The notes beneath the pieces were generated by a model. It was not told where the DNA came from. It worked only from the letters and a program-made list of their open reading frames with translations, and ran no database searches. A stretch of 64,000 nt of DNA from Leptospira sp. (GTDB lineage: Bacteria; Spirochaetota; Leptospiria; Leptospirales; Leptospiraceae). Below, piece after piece: positions 30,386 through 40,157 of this stretch (positions are counted from its first letter, which is position 1; every line of letters begins with the position of its first letter). The stretch covers positions 1 through 64,000 of the forward strand of contig JAWXAQ010000016.1 of NCBI GenBank assembly GCA_034439575.1, in the 5' to 3' direction. Made by a program: the position numbers and the translations under genes.

Positions 30386-31789
30386 ATGTCTATCAATCGA
30401 TTTGATATCATTGCTATCGGAGGCGGACCTGCCGCCCAAAAGTGCGCGATCCAAGCCACAAAAATGGGCAAAAAAGCTGCTCTCATCGAAAAGGACCCTT
30501 ATCTTGGAGGGGGATGTGTACATTGGGGAACCATACCATCAAAGTCATTGCAAGAAACGAGTCGATTCTATAGAAATTTACGATTGTCAACCATACACGG
30601 ATTACAAAGTTCCATATCAAATAAACTCACCTTGCAAGAGTTAATGCATAGAGCTTCCACAGTGATCGAAAAAGAAGAAGATGTGACTCGGGAACAAATG
30701 ATACAAAACCGTGTGACCACTTTGACTGGCTGGGGAAAGATACTCGATCCACATACGGTAGAAGTTACAGATGTGGGTGGCAGAAAAAAGGTTTATGAAA
30801 CTGATTTTATATTAGTCGCCACAGGAAGTTCCCCCAGACGACCAGCTAACGAAAACATTCCTTTTGAAGATGGCATCATTTATGATAGTGATGGGCTTTT
30901 TTCGATACAAAATATGCCTTCGTCTATTGCTGTTATAGGTGCTGGCATCATAGGTTCTGAATACGCTACCATCTTTTCTCATATTGGCATTAAGGTACAT
31001 CTTTTTGATTCTCAGGATCGTATTTTAGGTTTTTTGGATCATGAAATCTCGGAAGCCATGTCAACATATATGAAAAATGCTGGCATCCAAATTCATACAA
31101 GTAGATCCATTCAGTCTTACCAAAAGAGCAGTGATGGGAAGTCTGTCCAATTAACAACCGATAAGGGTGAAACTCTTTCTGTAGATCAAGTTTTGATTTC
31201 TCGAGGTAGAGTGGGAAATGTGGACAACCTAGGTCTCGAGAGTGTCGGAATCAAAGTCAGTGAACGTAAACAAATTATCGTGAATGAAAATTACCAGACT
31301 GACATTCCAAATATATATGCCTGTGGTGATGTGATCGGGTTTCCTTCCCTTGCTTCCGTTTCCATGTACCAAGGTGCCTACGTCGCTAAGCACGTATTTG
31401 GTGGTGCGCCACATCCAGTGGATGCAGAAGAATTTCCCATCGGCATTTATACTCTTCCTGAAATTGCAACGATAGGTCCCTCTGAGGAAGTTTTAAAAGA
31501 ACGTGGTGTGAATTATGGGGTAGGTGTTGCCAAGTTCGATACAATCACACGAGCACAGATCAGTGGGGATGCTGATGGGATGGTCAAAATTCTATATGAT
31601 AAACCGACTCGGAGGGTTCTTGGAGTCCATATCATATCTGACAAAGCAACTGAGTTGATAGCTCTTGGCCAATGCATAGTAAATTTGAAAGGACCCATTG
31701 AGTACTTCACCGAACACATTTTTAATTACCCAACCATGATTGGTGCGTACAAAAATGCAGCATTTGATGCCATTCAGAAAGAAAAATGA
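30386..31789 (+). CDS. sthA: Soluble NAD(P)+ transhydrogenase
   Basis: GGGCVHWGTIPSK has a single Cys and no redox disulfide; GAGIIGSEYA, GFPSLAS, FNYPT. Confidence 0.9.
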   Translation: MSINRFDIIAIGGGPAAQKCAIQATKMGKKAALIEKDPYLGGGCVHWGTIPSKSLQETSRFYRNLRLSTIHGLQSSISNKLTLQELMHRASTVIEKEEDVTREQMIQNRVTTLTGWGKILDPHTVEVTDVGGRKKVYETDFILVATGSSPRRPANENIPFEDGIIYDSDGLFSIQNMPSSIAVIGAGIIGSEYATIFSHIGIKVHLFDSQDRILGFLDHEISEAMSTYMKNAGIQIHTSRSIQSYQKSSDGKSVQLTTDKGETLSVDQVLISRGRVGNVDNLGLESVGIKVSERKQIIVNENYQTDIPNIYACGDVIGFPSLASVSMYQGAYVAKHVFGGAPHPVDAEEFPIGIYTLPEIATIGPSEEVLKERGVNYGVGVAKFDTITRAQISGDADGMVKILYDKPTRRVLGVHIISDKATELIALGQCIVNLKGPIEYFTEHIFNYPTMIGAYKNAAFDAIQKEK

Positions 31790-31892
31790 TGAACTTGTGA
31801 GAATCGGGTCCTTCTAAATTGTCATCTATCTTAGAAATAGAAAATAGTTTTTACTTGTCACGAGATGGATTGATAAAGGATACTTAGCAATT

Positions 31893-32411
31893 GTGTCTGA
31901 TACCCCAGTCTCGATGAGTCAAATCTATGAAAAAGGTCATAAAAGAATTTATGACTTTCTCTATAAGTACACTCAGAATGCGGACACAGCAATGGATTTA
32001 ATGCAAGATAGCTTTTTAAGCTTTCACAAACACTACAGTTCTACTGGACTCTCAGAAGAGAAGTCCATCATGGTTCTGTACACCATTGCTAGAAATCTTT
32101 CCATCAATTACGCTAAAAAGTTTTCAACAACCAGAGAGATTCACTCCGAAGACATTGAGCTTCATAGCCATAACCCTAGATTAGAAAAAGTTGCCGAATT
32201 ACAAGATTTAGAAGAGAGACTTTATAGCTTCCTCAGTGAATTGAAAGAAGAAGAAAGAAGTGCTATTTTATTAAAAAATGTGGAAGGATTTCAACTTTCA
32301 CAAATATCAGAAATTTTAAATGTATCTGTGTCAACTGCTTCGCGTTTGGTGATCAGAGCCACAGAAAAATTACAAACTATCGCGCTCAGAGAAGGACTTG
32401 TTCCAGATTAA
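31893..32411 (+). CDS. ECF sigma factor
   Basis: DLMQDSF..LYTIARN region 2; region 4 SQISEILNVSVSTASR. Confidence 0.88.
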   Translation: MSDTPVSMSQIYEKGHKRIYDFLYKYTQNADTAMDLMQDSFLSFHKHYSSTGLSEEKSIMVLYTIARNLSINYAKKFSTTREIHSEDIELHSHNPRLEKVAELQDLEERLYSFLSELKEEERSAILLKNVEGFQLSQISEILNVSVSTASRLVIRATEKLQTIALREGLVPD

Positions 32412-32413
32412 TT

Positions 32414-33472
32414 ATGAAACAAAATTATGATTCAAAATTAATTCTGAAATTGGAAGCTGCTCTTCGCAAAACGAGCGCTATTACAAATGCACAAAATTTC
32501 CCAACATGGGAAGAATTGTCCACGCGTCAGATCAAACACCCTGAATTGTATGAAGTTCAGAAAAAACATAACAATCTTGTATTCTTCCCTTTCAGACCAA
32601 AAACGGTCATCGCCACGGGATTGTTGGCTGCGGCATCACTCAGTATTGTATTTATTTTAAATCGCCATTCACTTTCGCAAAGCCATGAGTCAATTGCTAT
32701 GCCAAGCGAAGCCTCTGTTCGCAGAGAAGTTATCGCTGAAGATCTGCTCGGGTTAGTTTCTCAAACAAAAGGTAAAAATTTTATATTTTCTAAAGAAAAT
32801 GAAAGTGCAAAGGCAGCAGTACAAAAAGGAACTACAGTAAAATCGGGTGATCATTTGTTAGTCGGGAACGGCTCACAGCTCGATTTACAATTCCCGAATA
32901 AGGCTTGGGTAAGAATTGGGCAAGGAACCGAAATAGAATTAGTCGATTCAAAAACTACTTCATATTCAACGAAGCAACTCATCCGCATCATCAAAGGAAA
33001 GGTCCTTGTGGCAATTGGTAAATTGCAAAAGGATTCGAGCTTTCAAATTGCCTCAGGTGATTTGGAAACTTCCGTCCGTGGTACGACCTTTAGCGTCAGC
33101 TTTGATGGAAAAAACTCTCAGTCAGTCGCTCTCCGAGATGGCTCACTCTCTATACAACAGAAAGGTGAAGTAGAGACCGTGCTCGAACCTGGCAAACGAT
33201 ATGAGCGAACCGAGAAGCAAACACCCACATTAACTACTCTGGATCCTAAAGACGACAAGGAACTAAAAGCCTTACAAACCCAAGTCACATTGACTAGAGA
33301 AGCATTACTCTATGAGACTTATTCTAGATTGGAACTTGTTCGGATGGAAGACGGAACGGAACATCGGGGCGTTATTCGTGGGCAGTCTGCAACTCACCTT
33401 CAGATCGAAACAGTAGATGGAAATTTAGAGATTCCCATAGGAAAAATTCTCGAAACAGAAAAAATCCGCTAA
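32414..33472 (+). CDS. FecR-family anti-sigma / sensor protein
   Basis: Single TM; SVRGTTF FecR motif; directly follows the ECF sigma gene. Confidence 0.83.
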   Translation: MKQNYDSKLILKLEAALRKTSAITNAQNFPTWEELSTRQIKHPELYEVQKKHNNLVFFPFRPKTVIATGLLAAASLSIVFILNRHSLSQSHESIAMPSEASVRREVIAEDLLGLVSQTKGKNFIFSKENESAKAAVQKGTTVKSGDHLLVGNGSQLDLQFPNKAWVRIGQGTEIELVDSKTTSYSTKQLIRIIKGKVLVAIGKLQKDSSFQIASGDLETSVRGTTFSVSFDGKNSQSVALRDGSLSIQQKGEVETVLEPGKRYERTEKQTPTLTTLDPKDDKELKALQTQVTLTREALLYETYSRLELVRMEDGTEHRGVIRGQSATHLQIETVDGNLEIPIGKILETEKIR

Positions 33473-33545
33473 GGGTCAGAAGTTTTTTGACTTTTACAAT
33501 TTTTCTGTTAGAGTTTCCCTTACGAATAAGGGAGTTTCTGCATAA

Positions 33546-34091
33546 ATGTCCAACGACAATAAAAAAGCATTTCGCTTTAGGTACATCATCGATAAAGAGT
33601 TTCAGTTTAAGTTTTTATTACATTATTCTTTACTTTTTATATCCGGTGTGGCAGTAACTTTAGGATTCCTTTATTGGTTAAACCAATCCAAATATGATGG
33701 TGGTGCTGTGTTCAGATTGAGACAAGATGCACAGACAGTGTATTGGAAAGTTGATAACGAAGAGGCAAACGCTGGCGAAGAAAAAACAAAGTTTGTTCCT
33801 CGTGAAATTTACCTACCAAATTACGACCATCAGTTAAATATGTATACCATCCAGTTTAATGCAGTTGTCACCTTGTCTGCGTTATACTTGGCTTTAATTA
33901 CTGTTTTTTCAATTTTCAAATCTCACAAAATGGCGGGACCTGTTTTTAGCATCAAACGTTCGTTACAACGTATGGCTTCTGGTCAACCAATAGAAAAAAT
34001 TCGAATTCGAAAAGGGGATGAATTCCAAGAGCTTGTCGAAGTATTAAACGAAGTGATTCAAAAGCGCATAGCAGGTGAAGGAAACAAATAA
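33546..34091 (+). CDS. Two-TM membrane protein with a HAMP-like C-terminus
   Basis: YIIDKEFQFKF..SHKMAGPV..IRKGDEFQEL. Confidence 0.7.
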   Translation: MSNDNKKAFRFRYIIDKEFQFKFLLHYSLLFISGVAVTLGFLYWLNQSKYDGGAVFRLRQDAQTVYWKVDNEEANAGEEKTKFVPREIYLPNYDHQLNMYTIQFNAVVTLSALYLALITVFSIFKSHKMAGPVFSIKRSLQRMASGQPIEKIRIRKGDEFQELVEVLNEVIQKRIAGEGNK

Positions 34092-34146
34092 GTTTTAATT
34101 AACTAATTATAATTTTCTAATCCTACATATATGGATTGACTAGACA

Positions 34147-34175
34147 GCACCTTTTAATATTAAACTAAAGGGTGC
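34147..34175. terminator. Hairpin between convergent genes (probable terminator)
   Basis: GCACCTTTT...AAAGGGTGC inverted repeat. Confidence 0.5.
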
Positions 34176-34176
34176 G

Positions 34177-34371
34177 TTATCCATCAATCACTGTGAATTT
34201 CTCTAAAAATTCCGATTTTTCTCTGACAAAGATAAGGTCTTCGAAGGTATAAAGGATCATTCTTTGACCATCATTTTCTCCATTCGTACAATTTTTTGCC
34301 TCACCTATCACCCGATATATGTTTCCTGTTTTATTGTGTTTTGCTAATTTTTCTTTGAGCATAATTGGCAC
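34177..34371 (-). CDS. DUF1653-like small protein
   Basis: HNKTGNIYRVIGEA..LY..FVREKSEFLEKF. Confidence 0.7.
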   Translation of the reverse strand: MPIMLKEKLAKHNKTGNIYRVIGEAKNCTNGENDGQRMILYTFEDLIFVREKSEFLEKFTVIDG

Positions 34372-34373
34372 CT

Positions 34374-35018
34374 TTAAGTTAAAAGTCCGACACCCATTTG
34401 TTGTAGAAGTTGGATGAAAAGTTCTTCATCTGTTTTTTTCAATCCTGACTGTTTTTGTTTTGTGTCTATTCCCTTCAAACGTCCATCCTGAACTAACATC
34501 ACATAACCATGAGTAAATGACCAAATTAGATAAGCCATTTCTTTGGGGTCTCCTTTTTTTATGATTCCCTTAGATTGTAATATCATCACTGCGGATAATA
34601 AAACTTCAAAAGATTCAAGGCCCGCTTTTTCACAAGCTGGGTATAAAGTTATGTCTTCAATGTTATTCGAAAACATAAGTCTATAAATTTCAGGATTTTC
34701 ATTTGCAAAACGCAAATATGATACTCCCATTGAAATAAACGATTCTTTAGGATGAATTTCTATACCATTTCTACCTTCGAGTAACGCGATTTTAAATTGT
34801 GTAAAACCGATTTCTATAAGACTTGCGAGTAGTATCTCTTTTTTGGCAAAATGTTTGTTTGGTGCAGAGTGAGTCACACCTAACTTTTTGGCAATTTCTC
34901 GTAAACTTAGCGACTCTACTCCTTTTTTTTTAATCCAAACCATAGATTCATTTAGAATCGCTTCTCGCAAATTCCCATGATGATAGCCTTTTCTTGGTTT
35001 ACGCCTCTCTAAGATCAT
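34374..35018 (-). CDS. TetR/AcrR-family regulator (WHG-like C-terminal domain)
   Basis: YHHGNLREA, LSLREIAKKLGVTHSAPNKHF, WSFTHG. Start is probably ATG 35018, because the longer ORF runs through the operator/promoter region. Confidence 0.92.
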   Translation of the reverse strand: MILERRKPRKGYHHGNLREAILNESMVWIKKKGVESLSLREIAKKLGVTHSAPNKHFAKKEILLASLIEIGFTQFKIALLEGRNGIEIHPKESFISMGVSYLRFANENPEIYRLMFSNNIEDITLYPACEKAGLESFEVLLSAVMILQSKGIIKKGDPKEMAYLIWSFTHGYVMLVQDGRLKGIDTKQKQSGLKKTDEELFIQLLQQMGVGLLT

Positions 35019-35038
35019 GTGTTCAGGAAAAACTAAAT

Positions 35039-35115
35039 ATAGATATTGTCTACTTTTTTCTATTGACATTCGTTGCGATGTAGCCATGGTCTACTTTATT
35101 GTAGTCGATGTCTAC
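35039..35115. promoter_or_regulatory. Three palindromic GTAG-N7-CTAC sites (candidate TetR operators) flanking and overlapping a TTGACA promoter
   Basis: 35039-35053 ATAGatattgtCTAC, 35080-35094 GTAGccatggtCTAC, 35101-35115 GTAGtcgatgtCTAC; TTGACA at 35063-35068. Confidence 0.75.
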
Positions 35116-35128
35116 ATATGGAGTAAAA

Positions 35129-35740
35129 ATGTTAAGTTTAAAAAATACGCCTTTATTATTGTTTTTATTAATTTTCGATTCATTCTGCAATCAATCTCAG
35201 GATTTAGAAAGCCCTGTTTTATTAACAAAGGGAGTTCAAATTGAACAATCTTTTCCAATTAAAGAAATATTTATCCGTGGTAGGGTTGTTCGACAGTCAA
35301 AAAAAAATCTCTATTCTTTAGCATTTGATTCCAATTACACAGAACAAATATTAAAATATAAACCTAGTAAAATTCAAGTTAAACTCCCATATAACAATTC
35401 GCCAACATTTTTAGTGAATCTGAATTATATAAACAATGAGATTAAAAACAATTTTAATTTTCCTAAGGGCTGGATTGATTCTTCAGACTTGGAAGCTTAT
35501 TTTTATATAAACAATTCGCAAGGGTGGAATGTTCCTTTTGATTCCATCTACTCTCCATTTGGTGATGAGAAGTATATAATCAAATTAGTCGACGGCAAAG
35601 CTTTAAGAATACCAATAAATATTATTCGCCTATACAAAAATTCTGTAGTTATTTCCGGGAATATAGAAATGGGAGATATTTTAATAAATTCTAGGTTAGG
35701 TGAAATTGTGGATGGTATGAAAATTAAGGTAAAATTATGA
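35129..35740 (+). CDS. Short periplasmic adaptor (MFP)-like protein, probable lipoprotein
   Basis: RBS GGAG before ATG 35129; hydrophobic N-terminus ending FC; C-terminus VPFDSI..KYI..DGKA..GDILI..IVDGMKIKV resembles the MFP membrane-proximal region; ATGA overlap with the RND gene. Confidence 0.6.
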   Translation: MLSLKNTPLLLFLLIFDSFCNQSQDLESPVLLTKGVQIEQSFPIKEIFIRGRVVRQSKKNLYSLAFDSNYTEQILKYKPSKIQVKLPYNNSPTFLVNLNYINNEIKNNFNFPKGWIDSSDLEAYFYINNSQGWNVPFDSIYSPFGDEKYIIKLVDGKALRIPINIIRLYKNSVVISGNIEMGDILINSRLGEIVDGMKIKVKL

Positions 35741-38700
35741 AATTTGCAAATTTTATCTTAGAACGAAGAAGTCTGATTTTTACAATATTTGCGTTTTTTC
35801 TAATGCTCGGAATTTTAGAATTCATTGTTATGCCAAGGGAAGAAGACCCTAGGTTAAAAGAAAGATTTGGGGTTTTGAAAATAATTTATCCAGGCGCTTC
35901 TTTAGAGAATATGAAGCGCTTTGTAACTCTTCCGACAGAAGAGGTTTTAGCTGAAATTCCATCCATTAGAACATTAGAAATTCGTATTAGACCTGAAGTG
36001 ATGATCGCAGAAATCAGACTGCAAGATAGTCTGGGGAGCGAACAAGAGATAAATGATGCTTGGAAAAGAATTGAAGATGCGATAAAAAAGGCCGAATCAA
36101 AATATCCAATTGGTTTACAACCTTGGGATCTAAATCGAAGAGTGACTGAACAAGAAGCAATTTTGATAGCATTAACAGGATCCGATGATATTCTATATTT
36201 AAAGCATGAAATTGATACTTTGCGAAGTAGATTATTGCAAATTCAGAATGTGGCAAAAATAAATCGATTAGGCGATCCCGAAGAAGAAATTGAAATTTTT
36301 ATTCCAAAACAAACCTTAGAAGAGAAAGGGATATCAATTGGATTTTTTTCTAATTGGGTATCGACAGCTAACCATAGTATACCGCCAGGCGCGATGCCAT
36401 TAGATGGCAAAAAAGTTATAGTAAAAACAGACGGATGGTTCAATGATATCGAATCCATTTCTCGCTTAAGTATACCCTTACCAGGTGGTGAGTTAAAAAG
36501 TATTGGTGAAATTGGAGAAGTACATAAATTACCAAAATACCCTGTAGCGGAAATTATGCGCTCTCGTGGTCTCCCTGCAGTTGGTTTAGGAATCGTCGCT
36601 AAGCAAAATATCAACTTGATTCAATTCGGTAGGGATATTGAAGAGGAAGTGAACCAATGGCAAAAAACAAATCCAAACCTCAAAGTTGAAATAATCAATT
36701 CACAACCCAAATATGTTGCCAACCGTTTGTCTGATCTCGGATGGAATTTATTAACGGGTATTTTCATAGTCGCTTTAGTTTTAGTAAGTATGATGGGTTT
36801 TCGGATTGGAATTCTTTCCGCTATCATAGTCCCAGTCATTGCAATTATAAGTTTAGGCATTTTTGGTATGTTTGGTGGCGTTCTTCACCAAATTTCTATT
36901 GCTGCATTTGTTATGGCACTTGGATTATTGATTGATAATGTGATTGTCATATTAGAAAGCGTTCAAGAAAAAATAGATTCTGGATTAGAAATTATTGCTT
37001 CAGTTAAAGATACAATTTCAAGCCTAGCATTTCCTTTGTTAAGTGCTACTGGAACAACACTGGCATCTTTTATCCCACTTCTTGGTTCAAGTGGAAATTC
37101 TGCTGATTTCACTCGAGCGATTCCCATTATAAATATGCTGACTCTTTCTATTAGTTTTTTATTTGCCTTGTTTGTAACACCTCTACTTGGAAAGGCGTTT
37201 CTTAAGCCAAAGGTACATATTAAAGAAACATTTTATGAAAGAGTTTCTGAACGCATTGGAAAATCTATACCCGAATATCATAAATTAATTCTGCTTGTTT
37301 CAACATTTTTGTTTTTAATAGCAATGGCAGGATTTCGCTTTTTACCAAAGAAATTCTTTCCTGATGCAGATAGAGACCAGCTTATTTTAGATCTGAGAAT
37401 GCCGGAAGGTACAGACATTAATAAAACGGATGAAGTCGCTAAAGAAATTGAATCTTGGTTACGTAATGACAATAGACTTAAGTCAGTGATTGTTTTTGTA
37501 GGGCGAAGTGTTCCGCTTTTTTATTATAATTTAAATCAATCACCTAATAGTCCTCATATAGCACAATTTATTTTAAACCTTAAGGACATTAAAGATAAGG
37601 ATTCTTTTAAACAAAATTTTCAAAATATAATTGATGAAAAACTAATTTATGGAAATGCAATTTTACAAGAACTGAAACAAGGTCCACCTGTCAAAGCGCC
37701 TATTGAGGTTAGGCTATACAGTGAGAGTAAAGAAGACTTATTCAAATCCCATCAATTATTATTAAAAACTATATACCAAGTTCCAGGATTAAAAGATATC
37801 CGGTCAGATTTAGGCATAGGCTCACCAGTATTAAATTGGGAAAGTGATGATGCGTCACTTTCAAGGTATCGGGCATCGCGTTCCGATGTAACTTTGTCTA
37901 TACTGTCTCAGACGAGAGGAATACCTATTGGATATTATAGAGCTGGAGAAAGGCCCATACCTATAATTTTTAGGACGCTTGAAAAAGAACTGATTTCACC
38001 TAACAAAATCTCTGAGAGTCCGCTTTTGTCTACTCGCACAGAAATTCTAAAATTATCTTCCGTATCTCATCTAAGCTTAAATTGGGAACCTGCAATATTA
38101 TATAGAAGGAATCGAGAAACAGCAATTAATTACTACGCTGAAGTTAACAAAGAATTAACTGCAGATAAAGCTACCCTAATTATAAGAAAAAAATTGGAAC
38201 TAGAAAAATTTCCTAAGTCTGTTCGGTGGGAATTTGGTGGAGAACAAGCAGAATCAGGGAGTGCCAATCAATCTCTAATTGCAGTAGCACCCTTAGGAAT
38301 TATGATTCTTATTTCGTTTTTACTTCTTGAATTTGGAAGTTGGAAAAAAACGGGAATTATTTTGCTTACAGTTCCTTTATCAATGATTGGTGTAGTCCCT
38401 GGATTATTTTTATCAAGTCAAAGTTTCGGTTTTTTGTCTCTACTCGGAATATTCGCATTAGTTGGAATTGTAGTTAATAATGGGATCCTGATTTTAGATT
38501 ATATTGGAAAAGCTACTTCTAGAGGAGAACCCATTGAGACTGCGATACAATATTCACTTTCTAAGAGAATACGACCAATTTTACTCACTACTTTAACAAC
38601 GATTGCAGGTTTGATACCATTAGCATTTACAGATGCTACATTATGGCCTCCATTTGCATGGACGATGATTGCGGGATTACTTGTTTCCACATTTTTAACG

Positions 38701-40068
38701 TTATTTGTGATACCCGCAGCTACGTATTTAGCATACGTTGATAAATCAAAGCAACAAACAAAAGTTAATATATTTAATTTAGGTAATATTCGTAAATTGA
38801 TCTCTTTTATTTTTTTAGGAAGTTTGTTTTCATTTGCAGTATTAGATGTTCATGCAGATCCATTAATTTTGAACTGGAAGGACATTGTCAAAAAAGCCGA
38901 AGAATCGCCTCGTGTCAAAATTGCATGGGAAGAATGGAAAAGAAAGAATTTAGAAAAAGAAAAATTTGAACGTGCCGTCTATTATCCAAAACTCGGATTG
39001 TCAGTTGAACATATTGATAGAAATAAAACTCTTTTTCCAAACGCATCTATTCCAGTTGTCGCCGGAGTTAACCCAAGTTATTGGACTGGGGGAGTGGAAT
39101 TACAACAGACATTATTTGATCCTTCAAATTGGTTTGCTATTTCAAAAGTATTAGATTATTCGGAAGAAGCTCAAAGATTATTGTCTTATCGGGCAAAGGA
39201 AACTTCACAATCAGAAGCATTGATATCATTCGTAATGATCCATCGAATCAAGATTAAAAAAAATAATTTAACAGAATTAAAACAATCCTTGAGCATTCGG
39301 TTTGCCGAGTTAAAAAGACTCTATGCACTAGGTCAGGTGACTGAGAGCGAATTATTTCGCATTGAACAAGCGATAAACCAAGCGAAAATTTCTTTAGAGG
39401 AGTTAGAGGAAAAAGAGAAAATATCTATCTTAGTTTTAAAACGAAATCTTGGAATTGATGATGATATAAACATTGGAATTCTACCTAAAGAAGAAGAATT
39501 AAATATCATAATTAAAGAAGAAGATAAACCAGAGCGATTGGAATTAATGGCGATTCGAAATAAGCTCTTGGCACTGCAAGAAAAGAAAAAATCAATCGAA
39601 TATGAAGCATTACCTAAGTTAGTTGCCAAAGGTAGCTACATATACTTAAACAACAATCAATTTAACACAGATAATTGGGCTCAGTTATCACTCGGAGTAA
39701 GTATGAATCCATTCGATGGAGGAGTTCGAAAAATTAGAGAAGAAGAAACCGAATCTGAAATTCGTACTGCCAAAGAGGAATTCAATGATCTAATTCGCGC
39801 TTTGACTTTAGAAAAAGAAGATTCATTAACCCAAGTTAAAGTAAAAAAAAATGAAGTCCAAGTTCGTCAAATGAATGTATCCAAAGCACGCTTGGCATCG
39901 CGCAAAGAATATGAAAGGGTAAAGACTGGCAGATCAAATATCAATTCATGGATTGATGCTGAAATTCTTTTTTCAGAAGAGAATGATAGGTTCGAAATGA
40001 GTAAAATCGATTTATTGGAGCGAATGATTCGTTATCGAAATGTGATCGGTGTAAGATACGATACTTAA
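35737..40068 (+). CDS. RND (AcrB-like) permease fused to a TolC-like outer-membrane factor
   Basis: About 1000-aa RND core (PREEDP, ALGLLIDNVIVILE, GIVVNNGILI, RIRPILLTTLTT), then an OEP-like helical domain (YYPKLGLS..QTLFD, ALPKLVAK..NPFDGG). Confidence 0.9.
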   Translation: MKFANFILERRSLIFTIFAFFLMLGILEFIVMPREEDPRLKERFGVLKIIYPGASLENMKRFVTLPTEEVLAEIPSIRTLEIRIRPEVMIAEIRLQDSLGSEQEINDAWKRIEDAIKKAESKYPIGLQPWDLNRRVTEQEAILIALTGSDDILYLKHEIDTLRSRLLQIQNVAKINRLGDPEEEIEIFIPKQTLEEKGISIGFFSNWVSTANHSIPPGAMPLDGKKVIVKTDGWFNDIESISRLSIPLPGGELKSIGEIGEVHKLPKYPVAEIMRSRGLPAVGLGIVAKQNINLIQFGRDIEEEVNQWQKTNPNLKVEIINSQPKYVANRLSDLGWNLLTGIFIVALVLVSMMGFRIGILSAIIVPVIAIISLGIFGMFGGVLHQISIAAFVMALGLLIDNVIVILESVQEKIDSGLEIIASVKDTISSLAFPLLSATGTTLASFIPLLGSSGNSADFTRAIPIINMLTLSISFLFALFVTPLLGKAFLKPKVHIKETFYERVSERIGKSIPEYHKLILLVSTFLFLIAMAGFRFLPKKFFPDADRDQLILDLRMPEGTDINKTDEVAKEIESWLRNDNRLKSVIVFVGRSVPLFYYNLNQSPNSPHIAQFILNLKDIKDKDSFKQNFQNIIDEKLIYGNAILQELKQGPPVKAPIEVRLYSESKEDLFKSHQLLLKTIYQVPGLKDIRSDLGIGSPVLNWESDDASLSRYRASRSDVTLSILSQTRGIPIGYYRAGERPIPIIFRTLEKELISPNKISESPLLSTRTEILKLSSVSHLSLNWEPAILYRRNRETAINYYAEVNKELTADKATLIIRKKLELEKFPKSVRWEFGGEQAESGSANQSLIAVAPLGIMILISFLLLEFGSWKKTGIILLTVPLSMIGVVPGLFLSSQSFGFLSLLGIFALVGIVVNNGILILDYIGKATSRGEPIETAIQYSLSKRIRPILLTTLTTIAGLIPLAFTDATLWPPFAWTMIAGLLVSTFLTLFVIPAATYLAYVDKSKQQTKVNIFNLGNIRKLISFIFLGSLFSFAVLDVHADPLILNWKDIVKKAEESPRVKIAWEEWKRKNLEKEKFERAVYYPKLGLSVEHIDRNKTLFPNASIPVVAGVNPSYWTGGVELQQTLFDPSNWFAISKVLDYSEEAQRLLSYRAKETSQSEALISFVMIHRIKIKKNNLTELKQSLSIRFAELKRLYALGQVTESELFRIEQAINQAKISLEELEEKEKISILVLKRNLGIDDDINIGILPKEEELNIIIKEEDKPERLELMAIRNKLLALQEKKKSIEYEALPKLVAKGSYIYLNNNQFNTDNWAQLSLGVSMNPFDGGVRKIREEETESEIRTAKEEFNDLIRALTLEKEDSLTQVKVKKNEVQVRQMNVSKARLASRKEYERVKTGRSNINSWIDAEILFSEENDRFEMSKIDLLERMIRYRNVIGVRYDT

Positions 40069-40081
40069 GCATAAAAAAAAA

Positions 40082-40141
40082 TTGACATAGAAAAGATAAT
40101 GTTCAAAAGTAGGCACTATCTACATAGTAGACAGAGACTAC
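40082..40141. promoter_or_regulatory. TTGACA box plus two GTAG-N7-CTAC palindromes upstream of the DUF2141 operon
   Basis: TTGACA 40082-40087; 40109-40123 GTAGgcactatCTAC; 40127-40141 GTAGacagagaCTAC. Confidence 0.75.
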
Positions 40142-40157
40142 ATAAGAGGAATTAAAC

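Noticed and set aside
30324-30644. 106-aa ORF overlapping the sthA start
   Set aside because: It is an alternative frame of a well-supported gene.
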